A stretch of 64,000 nt of DNA from contig JBPOHQ010000006.1 of assembly GCA_052035405.1 (NCBI GenBank), forward strand, positions 8,039 through 72,038, read 5' to 3'. Position numbers and translations under genes: made by a program. Below the pieces are notes generated by a model. That model saw only the letters and a list, made by a program, of their open reading frames with translations. It was not told where the DNA came from and did not search any database. Origin of the DNA: Candidatus Nomurabacteria bacterium. GTDB lineage: Bacteria > Patescibacteriota > Minisyncoccia > Phycocordibacterales > UBA9973. Below, in pieces: positions 22,204 through 30,781 of this stretch (position 1 is its first letter; the number at the start of each line of letters is the position of its first letter).

Positions 22204-24267
22204 ATGGCAAAAGAAAAAGATGAAAAAGTATCTAAGAAAGGCAGTTATGGAGCTGAAAGCATCTCAGTTTTAGAAGGTCTAGAGCCTGTTCGTAAGCGTC
22301 CAGGAATGTACATTGGTACAACTGGTCCAGATGGATTACATCACTTAATATGGGAAATATTTGATAACTCTCGCGATGAAGCGATGGGAGGATTTTGTAA
22401 TGATATTGAAGTCGTGCTGCTTCCTGGAAACAAAATTCGTGTAGCGGACAACGGCCGTGGTATTCCAGTGGATGTTCACTCAAAGACAAAAGTATCTGCA
22501 CTTGAAATGGTTATGACTACACTCCATGCGGGAGGAAAATTCGGCGGGGAAGGTAGCGGATATAAAGTCTCGGGAGGTCTTCACGGTGTGGGTGCTTCTG
22601 TGGTAAACGCGCTTTCTCTTTTTTGTAGAGCAGAAGTTCATCGAGATGGCGGAAAATTTTACCAAGAATATTCTCAAGGAAAAAAGAAAGGTCCTGTTAA
22701 AAAATTTGGGACTTCAAAACTTCATGGTACTATAACAACTTTCCATCCTGATGAAGAAATCTTTGGAACTATTAAGTTTGATTGGACTACGGTAGTAAAC
22801 CACTTGCGTCAGCAGGCGTACCTCGTAAAAGGATTACGTATTTCTATACTTGATGCTCGAGAAGTTAAAGAAAAAATAAATGACGAAGACATATTCTATT
22901 TTAGAGAACTTAACTTAGAGATTCCTTCTATCACGTATTATTTTGAAGGAGGACTTATGTCACTTGTTAAATATTACAATAAATTTCAAAAACCTATTCA
23001 AAGTAGTATTTTTTATGTTGAAAAAGAAGTCGATGGAGTTGGAGTTGAGATAGCACTTCAATACGTCGACGACATTGTCGATCGTATAGTTCCTTTTGCA
23101 AACAATATTTACACAGCACAAGGTGGAACGCATGTAACCGGATTTAAAACTGCCCTCACTCGTACACTCAACACGTACTGTAAAAAGAACGAAATGATGA
23201 AAGAGTCCGAAGGAGGATTTACTGGTGAAGATGTGCTTGAAGGTTTAACTGCAGTTGTTTCTGTTAAACTTCAAGAGATACAATTTGAAGGTCAGACTAA
23301 AGGAAAACTTGGTAGCGTCGAAGCTCAAAGTGCTACCGCTACGGTGTTTGGTGAAGCATTCGCTGCATTCTTAGAAGAGAACCCAGATGAGGCGAAGATT
23401 ATCATAAATAAATCAATTCTTGCCCTCAAGGCTCGTAAAGCAGCAAAAGCAGCAAAAGACTCAGTCCTCCGTAAAGGGGCACTTGAAGGTCTTACGCTTC
23501 CGGGAAAACTTGCAGATTGTCAGAGTAAGAGTGCAGAAGAGTCTGAGATATTCCTTGTAGAGGGAGATTCTGCGGGAGGTAGTGCGAAGCAAGGACGGGA
23601 TAGAAGAACTCAAGCTATACTTCCTCTTCGTGGAAAAATCTTAAACGTTGAACGTGCTCGTATTGACAAGATGCTTGCTTCAAAAGAAGTCCGAGCACTT
23701 GTTATCGCAATGGGTACATCTATCGGAGATACTTTTGATATTTCTAAAATTCGATACCATAAAATAATCATTGCAACAGATGCTGACGTTGACGGAAGTC
23801 ATATCAGTACACTCCTCTTAACATTATTCTATAGATACTTTAGACCAGTCGTTGAAGCTGGATATATATATCTTGCTCAACCACCACTATATAAAATTAA
23901 AAAAGGAAAAGAAGTTTCTTATGCATATACTGATGAACAGAAGTTGAAGATTATAGGTAAAGAAGCAGACGTGAGTGAGATAGAAGAAGTCGAAGCAGGG
24001 GAGAATATCGAAGTAGAAGAAGTAGAAGAAGATGTCAAGAAAAAGACAAATAAAATACATATTCAACGTTACAAAGGTCTCGGAGAAATGAATCCAGAAG
24101 AACTTTGGGAGACAACTATGGATCCTCGAAATAGAATCTTGAAGAGAGTAGACATAGGGGACGCAGAAGAAGCTAATAAAGTCTTTGATATACTCATGGG
24201 TAGCGAAGTTCCACCTAGAAAATCTTTCATTCAATCAAACGCAAAACTTGCTAATATAGACATATAA
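22204..24267 (+). CDS. gyrB: DNA gyrase subunit B
   Basis: VRKRPGMYIG, DNGRGIP, GGLHGVG, EGDSAGG, PLRGK, TDADVDG, RYKGLGEM. Confidence 0.97.
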   Translation: MAKEKDEKVSKKGSYGAESISVLEGLEPVRKRPGMYIGTTGPDGLHHLIWEIFDNSRDEAMGGFCNDIEVVLLPGNKIRVADNGRGIPVDVHSKTKVSALEMVMTTLHAGGKFGGEGSGYKVSGGLHGVGASVVNALSLFCRAEVHRDGGKFYQEYSQGKKKGPVKKFGTSKLHGTITTFHPDEEIFGTIKFDWTTVVNHLRQQAYLVKGLRISILDAREVKEKINDEDIFYFRELNLEIPSITYYFEGGLMSLVKYYNKFQKPIQSSIFYVEKEVDGVGVEIALQYVDDIVDRIVPFANNIYTAQGGTHVTGFKTALTRTLNTYCKKNEMMKESEGGFTGEDVLEGLTAVVSVKLQEIQFEGQTKGKLGSVEAQSATATVFGEAFAAFLEENPDEAKIIINKSILALKARKAAKAAKDSVLRKGALEGLTLPGKLADCQSKSAEESEIFLVEGDSAGGSAKQGRDRRTQAILPLRGKILNVERARIDKMLASKEVRALVIAMGTSIGDTFDISKIRYHKIIIATDADVDGSHISTLLLTLFYRYFRPVVEAGYIYLAQPPLYKIKKGKEVSYAYTDEQKLKIIGKEADVSEIEEVEAGENIEVEEVEEDVKKKTNKIHIQRYKGLGEMNPEELWETTMDPRNRILKRVDIGDAEEANKVFDILMGSEVPPRKSFIQSNAKLANIDI

Positions 24268-24270
24268 ACA

Positions 24271-24309
24271 AATTAAAAACCCCTCTCATAATGAGAGGGG
24301 TTTTTAATT
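24271..24309. terminator. Bidirectional terminator between gyrB and the thrS operon
   Basis: AATTAAAAACCCCTCTCAT-A-ATGAGAGGGGTTTTTAATT. Confidence 0.85.
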
Positions 24310-24499
24310 ACATGTGTTTCTTTATGAGTATAGAGAGTTCCTTAATATGATTTTCCTTTTCTTTAGATACTTTGGTCCAAAAGTCCTTTACGTCTTTTGT
24401 TTTACTTGCATCCTTCATGTAATCTTTCTTGATTCTCCAAAGAGACTTATGCTCTTCGGTTAACTGCATCATCAAGTTGTAAATATTGTTGTTTAACAT
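24308..24499 (-). CDS. Small two-helix, half-ferritin-like protein
   Basis: 63 aa abutting the thrS stop; QLTEEHKSLWR...KEKENH pattern. Confidence 0.55.
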   Translation of the reverse strand: MLNNNIYNLMMQLTEEHKSLWRIKKDYMKDASKTKDVKDFWTKVSKEKENHIKELSILIKKHM

Positions 24500-26251
24500 T
24501 TAATTTAAAGTTTTATTTGTAATTTCATCTTCGACCTTTTTTATAAATTCCTCTATGCCAATACCTTCTGTTTTGGTTCCATTTCTGTGTTCCACTGTTA
24601 ATGTTTTTGAAGACACTTCTTTGTCTCCTAGTACTATAACATGGGGAGTATGCATATTTTTTGCTTCATGAATTCTCTTGCCAAGACTATTGCTTCCTGA
24701 AGGATAAATTTCTGCTCTAATATTACGTCCTTTCAATTCCTTCATTAATGTAATCGCTTCTTCGTCGTGGTTTTCTCTTACCGGTACGATTGCGATCTGG
24801 ATAGGGGAGAGCCAAGTAGGGAAGTTGCCCGCAAAGTGTTCAATTAAGAATCCTATGAATCTCTCATGTGTCCCAAGTGGTGCACGATGAATAATATAAG
24901 GGGTTTTCCTGGAACCATCCTTGTCTGTGTATTCTAAGTTAAATCTTTTACCCATATAGAGGTCTAACTGGTTGGTTGATGCAGTAAAGGATCTTCCAAT
25001 TGATGAAAATATCTGGAAGTCCATTTTAGGTCCATAGAAGGCTGCTCCTTCATGTGCGATTTTAAATGGCACTCCTGAATTTTCCATTGCTTTCGTTGTC
25101 ATTTCCTCAGCTAGTTTCCAATCAGACTCTTCTCCGTGATATTTATCTAATTTATTTGGATCACGTAAGGCAAGTTCCATTTCATATTTTTCTATACCCA
25201 ATACTTTGTAGTAATACTCGTGGAGTTTTATCACACTCACAAATTCTTCGACTGCTTGTTCTGGGGTTACATAAATATGTGCATCATTCATTTGCATACC
25301 ACGAACTCTCATAAGTCCAAAGAGACTTCCTGAGTCTTCATATCGATGACACCATCCATATTCTGCAAGACGTAGTGGTAATTCTTTGTATGTTCTAGGG
25401 AGTGCAGAGAACACTTTGTGATGAAAGGGGCAGTTCATGGGTTTAATATAATAATTTTCTTCCTCGATTGAGATAGGTGCGTACATACTTTCTTTGTATA
25501 AAGGTAGATGGCCTGATGTATAAAAAAGATTCTCTTTCGTGATGACAGGAGTAGAGACTCTTTTATAGTCCCATTTCTTTTCTGTTTCTTTTGCCCAATT
25601 CTCTAGCTCTTCTTTTATGATAGTTCCATTTGGGAGCCACACAGGTAGTCCTTTACCTATTTCTTCATCAAAAGTAAATAATTCTAATTTTTTGCCTAAT
25701 TCTCGATGGTCTCTTTTTAGTGCTTCTTCTTTGTTGCGTAGGTGTTTTTCCAGTTCCGCTTTGTCGTTAAATGCAAGTCCGTAGATGCGAGTAAGCATCT
25801 TTTTCTTTTCATCTCCTCTCCAGTATGCCCCAGCTACTCGGTCGAGTTTAAATGAGTCAGAAGATATTTCCTTTGACGGATTTTCAGAGTGTCCTCCACG
25901 ACACAGATCGGTAAACCCACCACAAGAGTAGAAAGTGATTTTTTCACCCTTGTCAGCGATTTCTTTTATCAACTCCAGTTTGTACTCGTTTCCTTTGAAG
26001 TATTCTTCTGCTTCACTTTGAGTTTTTTCTTCGTGAGAGAAACTGTCCCATTTCTTTAAAAGTTCTTTCATTTTCTTCTCTATTGCTTCTAAATCTTTAT
26101 CTCCAATTGTTGAAGTGAAGTCTAAGTCGTAGTAAAAACCATCATCTATAGCAGGGCCAATAGTAGTCTTAGTCTCTGGGTATAATTCTAAAACTGCCTG
26201 TGCTAATAGGTGTGCTAGTGTGTGTCTTTGGTGTTGTAATTTTTCTTGCAT
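24500..26251 (-). CDS. thrS: Threonyl-tRNA synthetase (no TGS domain)
   Basis: RHTLAHLL, DLCRGGH, AGAYWRG, RDHRELG, KPMNCPFH, GLMRVRG, HRAPLGTHERF. Confidence 0.97.
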   Translation of the reverse strand: MQEKLQHQRHTLAHLLAQAVLELYPETKTTIGPAIDDGFYYDLDFTSTIGDKDLEAIEKKMKELLKKWDSFSHEEKTQSEAEEYFKGNEYKLELIKEIADKGEKITFYSCGGFTDLCRGGHSENPSKEISSDSFKLDRVAGAYWRGDEKKKMLTRIYGLAFNDKAELEKHLRNKEEALKRDHRELGKKLELFTFDEEIGKGLPVWLPNGTIIKEELENWAKETEKKWDYKRVSTPVITKENLFYTSGHLPLYKESMYAPISIEEENYYIKPMNCPFHHKVFSALPRTYKELPLRLAEYGWCHRYEDSGSLFGLMRVRGMQMNDAHIYVTPEQAVEEFVSVIKLHEYYYKVLGIEKYEMELALRDPNKLDKYHGEESDWKLAEEMTTKAMENSGVPFKIAHEGAAFYGPKMDFQIFSSIGRSFTASTNQLDLYMGKRFNLEYTDKDGSRKTPYIIHRAPLGTHERFIGFLIEHFAGNFPTWLSPIQIAIVPVRENHDEEAITLMKELKGRNIRAEIYPSGSNSLGKRIHEAKNMHTPHVIVLGDKEVSSKTLTVEHRNGTKTEGIGIEEFIKKVEDEITNKTLN

Positions 26252-26286
26252 AACTTTTCTTATTATTTTTAATGATTAACTTATAA

Positions 26287-26482
26287 AATAAAAAATCCCC
26301 GCCCTAGTAAAATGCATTTCTGCACTTTACTAGGGCGGGGAAGTTAACGTGTACGTTTGATTCCTCGTGGTTCCACCTAGTTTCTCAGACATACTATCTG
26401 AGCTCTCTTTCATTATAGATTAGCCTTTTTACTGGGTCCGCATTGCAGACTCGTGGTTGGTAGCCACAACAATCTCTATGTA
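26287..26482 (-). promoter_or_regulatory. T-box riboswitch (transcription attenuator) of thrS
   Basis: Minus-strand AACTAGGTGGAACCACG T-box at 26366-26382, stem III at 26384-26402, antiterminator partner TTCCCCGCCCTAG, terminator at 26296-26341 with U-tract; promoter TTGCAA-16-TATGAT. Confidence 0.85.
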
Positions 26483-26547
26483 CCTACAATCATAGCAGAC
26501 CGTGTAGAATTTGCAATTTTACCTAAATCTGATAGACTAGGAACATT

Positions 26548-26769
26548 ATGGTTATAAGAATGAGACATACAAAAGGGCACACAGCGAACAGACGTTCACA
26601 TCACGCTCTGAAAGCAACTAATTTTGACAAATGTCAGAATTGTTCTGCTTTAAAGAAGCGTCATACTGTTTGTGTCTCTTGTGGTTTTTATCGTGGTAAT
26701 AAAGTTTTAGACTTGGTTAAAAAAGCTGAAAAGAAGGTTAAGAAAGCAAAAGCTAAAACCGCTAAATAA
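26548..26769 (+). CDS. rpmF: 50S ribosomal protein L32
   Basis: RRSH, CxxC...RHTVCxxCGFYRG. Confidence 0.95.
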   Translation: MVIRMRHTKGHTANRRSHHALKATNFDKCQNCSALKKRHTVCVSCGFYRGNKVLDLVKKAEKKVKKAKAKTAK

Positions 26770-26849
26770 TTTTACGATTAAAATCTTAGTAGAGATGCAA
26801 AACAGATTTGTTTTGTGTTTTTAATCATTTGATAATTTTATACTAAACT

Positions 26850-27776
26850 ATGGCAAACAGGCACCTTTCAAGATCAATAGTTCTCCAGACCCTATTTGAA
26901 TGGGATTTTATGTCTTCTGGTAAAGACGAAGAGTCTTTTCCACCTGAAAAAGTCGCTACTGCTTTGTCTCGTAACTTAAAAGAATTTGGTCCAGGTCTTG
27001 AGGATGATGCTTTTGTTGAGTCTCTGGTTGATCTTGTGTTAAAAAAAAGAAAGATAGTCGATGAAATTATTGAAAAAGCTGCTCCAGATTGGCCTATACA
27101 AAAAATCTCAATTGTCGATAGAAATATTCTTCGTATTGGTTTGACTGAGCTTCTTTTTGGCGACAGGACGCAAGTTCCTCCCAAAGTAGCTATCAATGAA
27201 TCCATCGAACTTGCAAAAACATTTGGTGGAGAAAATTCTGGTAAATTCGTAAATGGTGTGCTCGGTGCAGTCTATAAAGAAATAGGTGAGCCAGGTAAAG
27301 AAGAGACTAGTAAAAAGAAAAAAGAAGTAGAACCTGTAGATATCACCAAGCTTCCAAAGGAAAAACTTGGTGGAGCACTTGTCTATGCAAAGAAAGATGG
27401 TAATACTTATTTTGCTTTTGTACATGATGTCTTCGGATATTGGACTCTTTCAAAAGGAAAAGTAGAAGAGGGGGAAAACGTAGAAGAAGGAACAATTCGT
27501 GAGATAAAAGAAGAGATAGGACTTGAGATCAGTATTTTAACAAAGCTCGGAGAGAATGAATATGTAGCAACTCACCCTGAAAAAGGAAAGACATTAAAGC
27601 AAGTTAGTTACTTCTTAGCAAAATCAGAATATAGAGAGCTTGTATTAGAGAACTCTGGTGGATTGGATGCTGCACGATGGTTTTTACTGAAAGAAATTCC
27701 AGAACTCCGAATTTACAATGATATTGTTCCTCTTATTTCAAAAGCAGTAGAGATTATTGCTAAGAAAGGTGATTAG
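26850..27776 (+). CDS. nusB: NusB antitermination factor fused to a NUDIX hydrolase
   Basis: [38 protein letters not shown]; intact Nudix box [23 protein letters not shown]. Confidence 0.9.
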   Translation: MANRHLSRSIVLQTLFEWDFMSSGKDEESFPPEKVATALSRNLKEFGPGLEDDAFVESLVDLVLKKRKIVDEIIEKAAPDWPIQKISIVDRNILRIGLTELLFGDRTQVPPKVAINESIELAKTFGGENSGKFVNGVLGAVYKEIGEPGKEETSKKKKEVEPVDITKLPKEKLGGALVYAKKDGNTYFAFVHDVFGYWTLSKGKVEEGENVEEGTIREIKEEIGLEISILTKLGENEYVATHPEKGKTLKQVSYFLAKSEYRELVLENSGGLDAARWFLLKEIPELRIYNDIVPLISKAVEIIAKKGD

Positions 27777-27795
27777 AAATAAACGAAATAAAACG

Positions 27796-28491
27796 ATGAT
27801 TGATTTTACAGATTTTGAGAAAAAAACAAAGATAGTATTCAAAGATAAAAACTTACTTAAGCAAGCATTTGTTCACCGTTCATTTATAAATGAGAATCCA
27901 AACCTCAAACTTTCTCACAATGAACGACTAGAGTTTTTAGGAGACGCAGTACTCGAACTTGTTGTTACAGATTTTTTATATAAAAAATATCCCCAAGCAG
28001 CTGAAGGAGAGCTCACCGCTTTTCGTAGTGCTCTCGTGAATGCTGTTATTATTTCAGAAATTGCTTCAAAACTAGGTATGAATGATTTTCTTCTATTATC
28101 TAAAGGTGAATCAAAAGATGGTGGTAAAGCACGTCAGTATATACTTGCGAACACGTATGAAGCATATATAGGAGCAGTATATCTTGATCAGGGTTATGAT
28201 ATTGCTGATAAATTTATTACAAAGACATTGCTCCCTAAAACTGAAGAAATTGTGAGTAAAAAACTTTGGCGTGACCCGAAAAGTCTTATACAAGAAAAAG
28301 CACAGGAATATGTGGCTATCACCCCGTCCTACAAGGTTACAGGCGAAGCAGGTCCTGATCATGATAAACATTTTACTGTAGGTATTTTCTTCGGTACAGA
28401 ATTAATTGCTACTGGAAAAGGTAAATCAAAACAAGAAGCAGAACAAGATGCAGCTCTTCGTGCATTAACAGTAAAAAACTGGAACGACTAA
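27796..28491 (+). CDS. rnc: Ribonuclease III
   Basis: NERLEFLGDAVL signature; dsRBD DPKSLIQE...GKSKQEAEQ. Confidence 0.97.
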   Translation: MIDFTDFEKKTKIVFKDKNLLKQAFVHRSFINENPNLKLSHNERLEFLGDAVLELVVTDFLYKKYPQAAEGELTAFRSALVNAVIISEIASKLGMNDFLLLSKGESKDGGKARQYILANTYEAYIGAVYLDQGYDIADKFITKTLLPKTEEIVSKKLWRDPKSLIQEKAQEYVAITPSYKVTGEAGPDHDKHFTVGIFFGTELIATGKGKSKQEAEQDAALRALTVKNWND

Positions 28492-28497
28492 AAAAGT

Positions 28498-30741
28498 ATG
28501 CGACTTAAATATCTTGAGTTACATGGTTTTAAATCTTTTGCTAAAAAAACAACTCTAGAGTTTGGTCATCCTATCGTATCTGTTGTGGGTCCAAATGGTT
28601 CAGGGAAAAGTAATGTCGTTGAGGCATTACGTTTTGTGCTTGGTGAACAGTCTATGAAGTCTATGCGTGGAAAGACGGGAGTGGACCTTATATTTAAAGG
28701 TTCAAAGAGTCTTTCAAAAGGGACGAAAGCTACTGTGTCCGTGTATTTTGATAATTCTGATAAAGTTTTTAAACTAAGCAATGAAGAAGGAGAGATTGTA
28801 GAATTAAATTATGACACTGTCTCTATTAGCCGTGAAGTGTATGCTGATGGACTTAATAAATACATTTTAAATGATTCCGATGTGCGTCTTAAGGATGTAA
28901 ATAATTTACTTTCTTCTGTGCATATTGGGTCTTCTGGGCACCATATTATCTCTCAAGGAGAGGCAGATAGAGTGCTTAACTCTACACCGAAAGATTTAAA
29001 AGAAATAGTAGAAGATGCACTGGGGCTCAAGGTGTATCAATTTAAAATAAAAGAAGGTGTGAGAAAACTTGAGCGAGCAAATGAAAACATGAAAGAAGTA
29101 TCAATACTTCGTCGTGAGAATGCTCCTCATTTAAATTTTTTAAAAAAACAAGTAGAAAAGCTCGAGAAAGTAAAAGAAATGAAAGTAGAACTTTCTTCTT
29201 TATATAAAGAGTATTTAAAAAAAGAAAGTGTATACCTAGAAGAAGAAAAGTCTCGACTTTCAAATGATAAAAATAGAATCATGGACGCCATACGTGACAT
29301 AGTAGAACGTATGGGAGTGGACGAAGAGAGTACCCCACGTGAAAGTGCAAAACTTCAAGAACTTCGCACTGTGGAGACCAATCTATCAAATATTCGAAGA
29401 CTAAAAAATGAAATAGAACGCAAGCTTGGACGTATCGAGGGTATGATCGAGATTGCAGAGACAAGACGCGAAGAAGCCCCAGAAGAAATTATCATATCTG
29501 CTTCTGAGATGAAAGAAATAGTGTATGAAGTAAATACTTTTCTAGACGAAGCACTTGAAAAAGAAAACCTTGAAGAGATAAAAAATATCATACAGAGTAT
29601 TAAAAATACCCTTAGTAAATTTGAAAAGAAACCCGAAGAGGTTGTGATACATTCTAATACCGCTGAAGTAGATGCGTTGAAGGATTCTCAAAGACAAATC
29701 CTTTTTGAGATGGAACGTATAGAACAAGAAGACCGAAAGACAGGAGAAATAATCAAAAAACTCAAAGAAGAAATCCAAGAAGAAGTTGAAAAGGGTATGG
29801 ATAAAGAGCGTGAGAGATTTACCCTCAAGGTTAAACATCAAGAACTTTCTTCAGAACTTCAGCTCAATAACGTAAAAGAAGAGAACATAAGAAGACTCAT
29901 CGAGAGTTATGAAGGTGAAATTCGCGAAGGGGAAGCTTTTATTGGGGGAGAGATTTATTTATATAAAGAATATGTATTTGAGGGTATCGTTGATCGAGGG
30001 TTACAAGAAGACTTACGTCGCAGGATAGAGAGAATTAAGATAAAACTAGAAGATGCGGGACTCTCAAATGGTGCTGATATTTTGAAAGAATTTGAGGAGG
30101 TGACTGAGCGGGATGCATTCTTGGCAAAAGAGATGGAAGATCTAGCGAAAAGTATAGAATCACTGCATCAATTAATCGCAGAACTTAAAGAAAAAATCCA
30201 TATAGAATTTGAAACAGGAATCAAAAAGATAAATGCAAAATTTCACGAATTCTTTGCACTTATGTTTGGAGGGGGAGAAGCATCTCTTTCTATAGTATTT
30301 TCTGAGAAGAGAAAGAAAAGTAATGCTGATGAAGATGAAGATGGGGAAGTGGTGACAGAAGAAGATGAAGAAGAATTTGTCCCCGAAGAAGGGGTTGCTA
30401 TTGATATAGCTCTTCCTCATAAGAAAGTAAAAGAACTGCACTCACTCTCTGGAGGAGAAAGATCACTCACATCTATTGCACTTCTTTTTGCCATGTCTGC
30501 TGTGAATCCGCCACCATTCCTCGTGCTTGATGAGACTGATGCAGCCCTCGATGAGGCAAACTCTCGTAAATACGGAGATATGCTTGAAAAGCTTTCTGAG
30601 CATTCTCAGCTTATCGTTGTCACTCACAACCGTGAGACTATGTCTCGAGCAGGAGTACTTTATGGAGTCACTATCGGTTCAGATGGAGCCTCAAAACTTC
30701 TCTCAGTCAAATTCGACGAAGCTGCTGCTATTGCAAAATAA
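28498..30741 (+). CDS. smc: Short SMC-family ATPase without a recognisable hinge
   Basis: GFKSF, GPNGSGKSN, ISQG Q-loop, coiled coil, LSGGE, LDETDAALD, VVTH; only 747 aa. Confidence 0.85.
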   Translation: MRLKYLELHGFKSFAKKTTLEFGHPIVSVVGPNGSGKSNVVEALRFVLGEQSMKSMRGKTGVDLIFKGSKSLSKGTKATVSVYFDNSDKVFKLSNEEGEIVELNYDTVSISREVYADGLNKYILNDSDVRLKDVNNLLSSVHIGSSGHHIISQGEADRVLNSTPKDLKEIVEDALGLKVYQFKIKEGVRKLERANENMKEVSILRRENAPHLNFLKKQVEKLEKVKEMKVELSSLYKEYLKKESVYLEEEKSRLSNDKNRIMDAIRDIVERMGVDEESTPRESAKLQELRTVETNLSNIRRLKNEIERKLGRIEGMIEIAETRREEAPEEIIISASEMKEIVYEVNTFLDEALEKENLEEIKNIIQSIKNTLSKFEKKPEEVVIHSNTAEVDALKDSQRQILFEMERIEQEDRKTGEIIKKLKEEIQEEVEKGMDKERERFTLKVKHQELSSELQLNNVKEENIRRLIESYEGEIREGEAFIGGEIYLYKEYVFEGIVDRGLQEDLRRRIERIKIKLEDAGLSNGADILKEFEEVTERDAFLAKEMEDLAKSIESLHQLIAELKEKIHIEFETGIKKINAKFHEFFALMFGGGEASLSIVFSEKRKKSNADEDEDGEVVTEEDEEEFVPEEGVAIDIALPHKKVKELHSLSGGERSLTSIALLFAMSAVNPPPFLVLDETDAALDEANSRKYGDMLEKLSEHSQLIVVTHNRETMSRAGVLYGVTIGSDGASKLLSVKFDEAAAIAK

Positions 30742-30781
30742 TTGATAAAAACTATAAGTTTAATCTTAGATAAGAGTTGTT

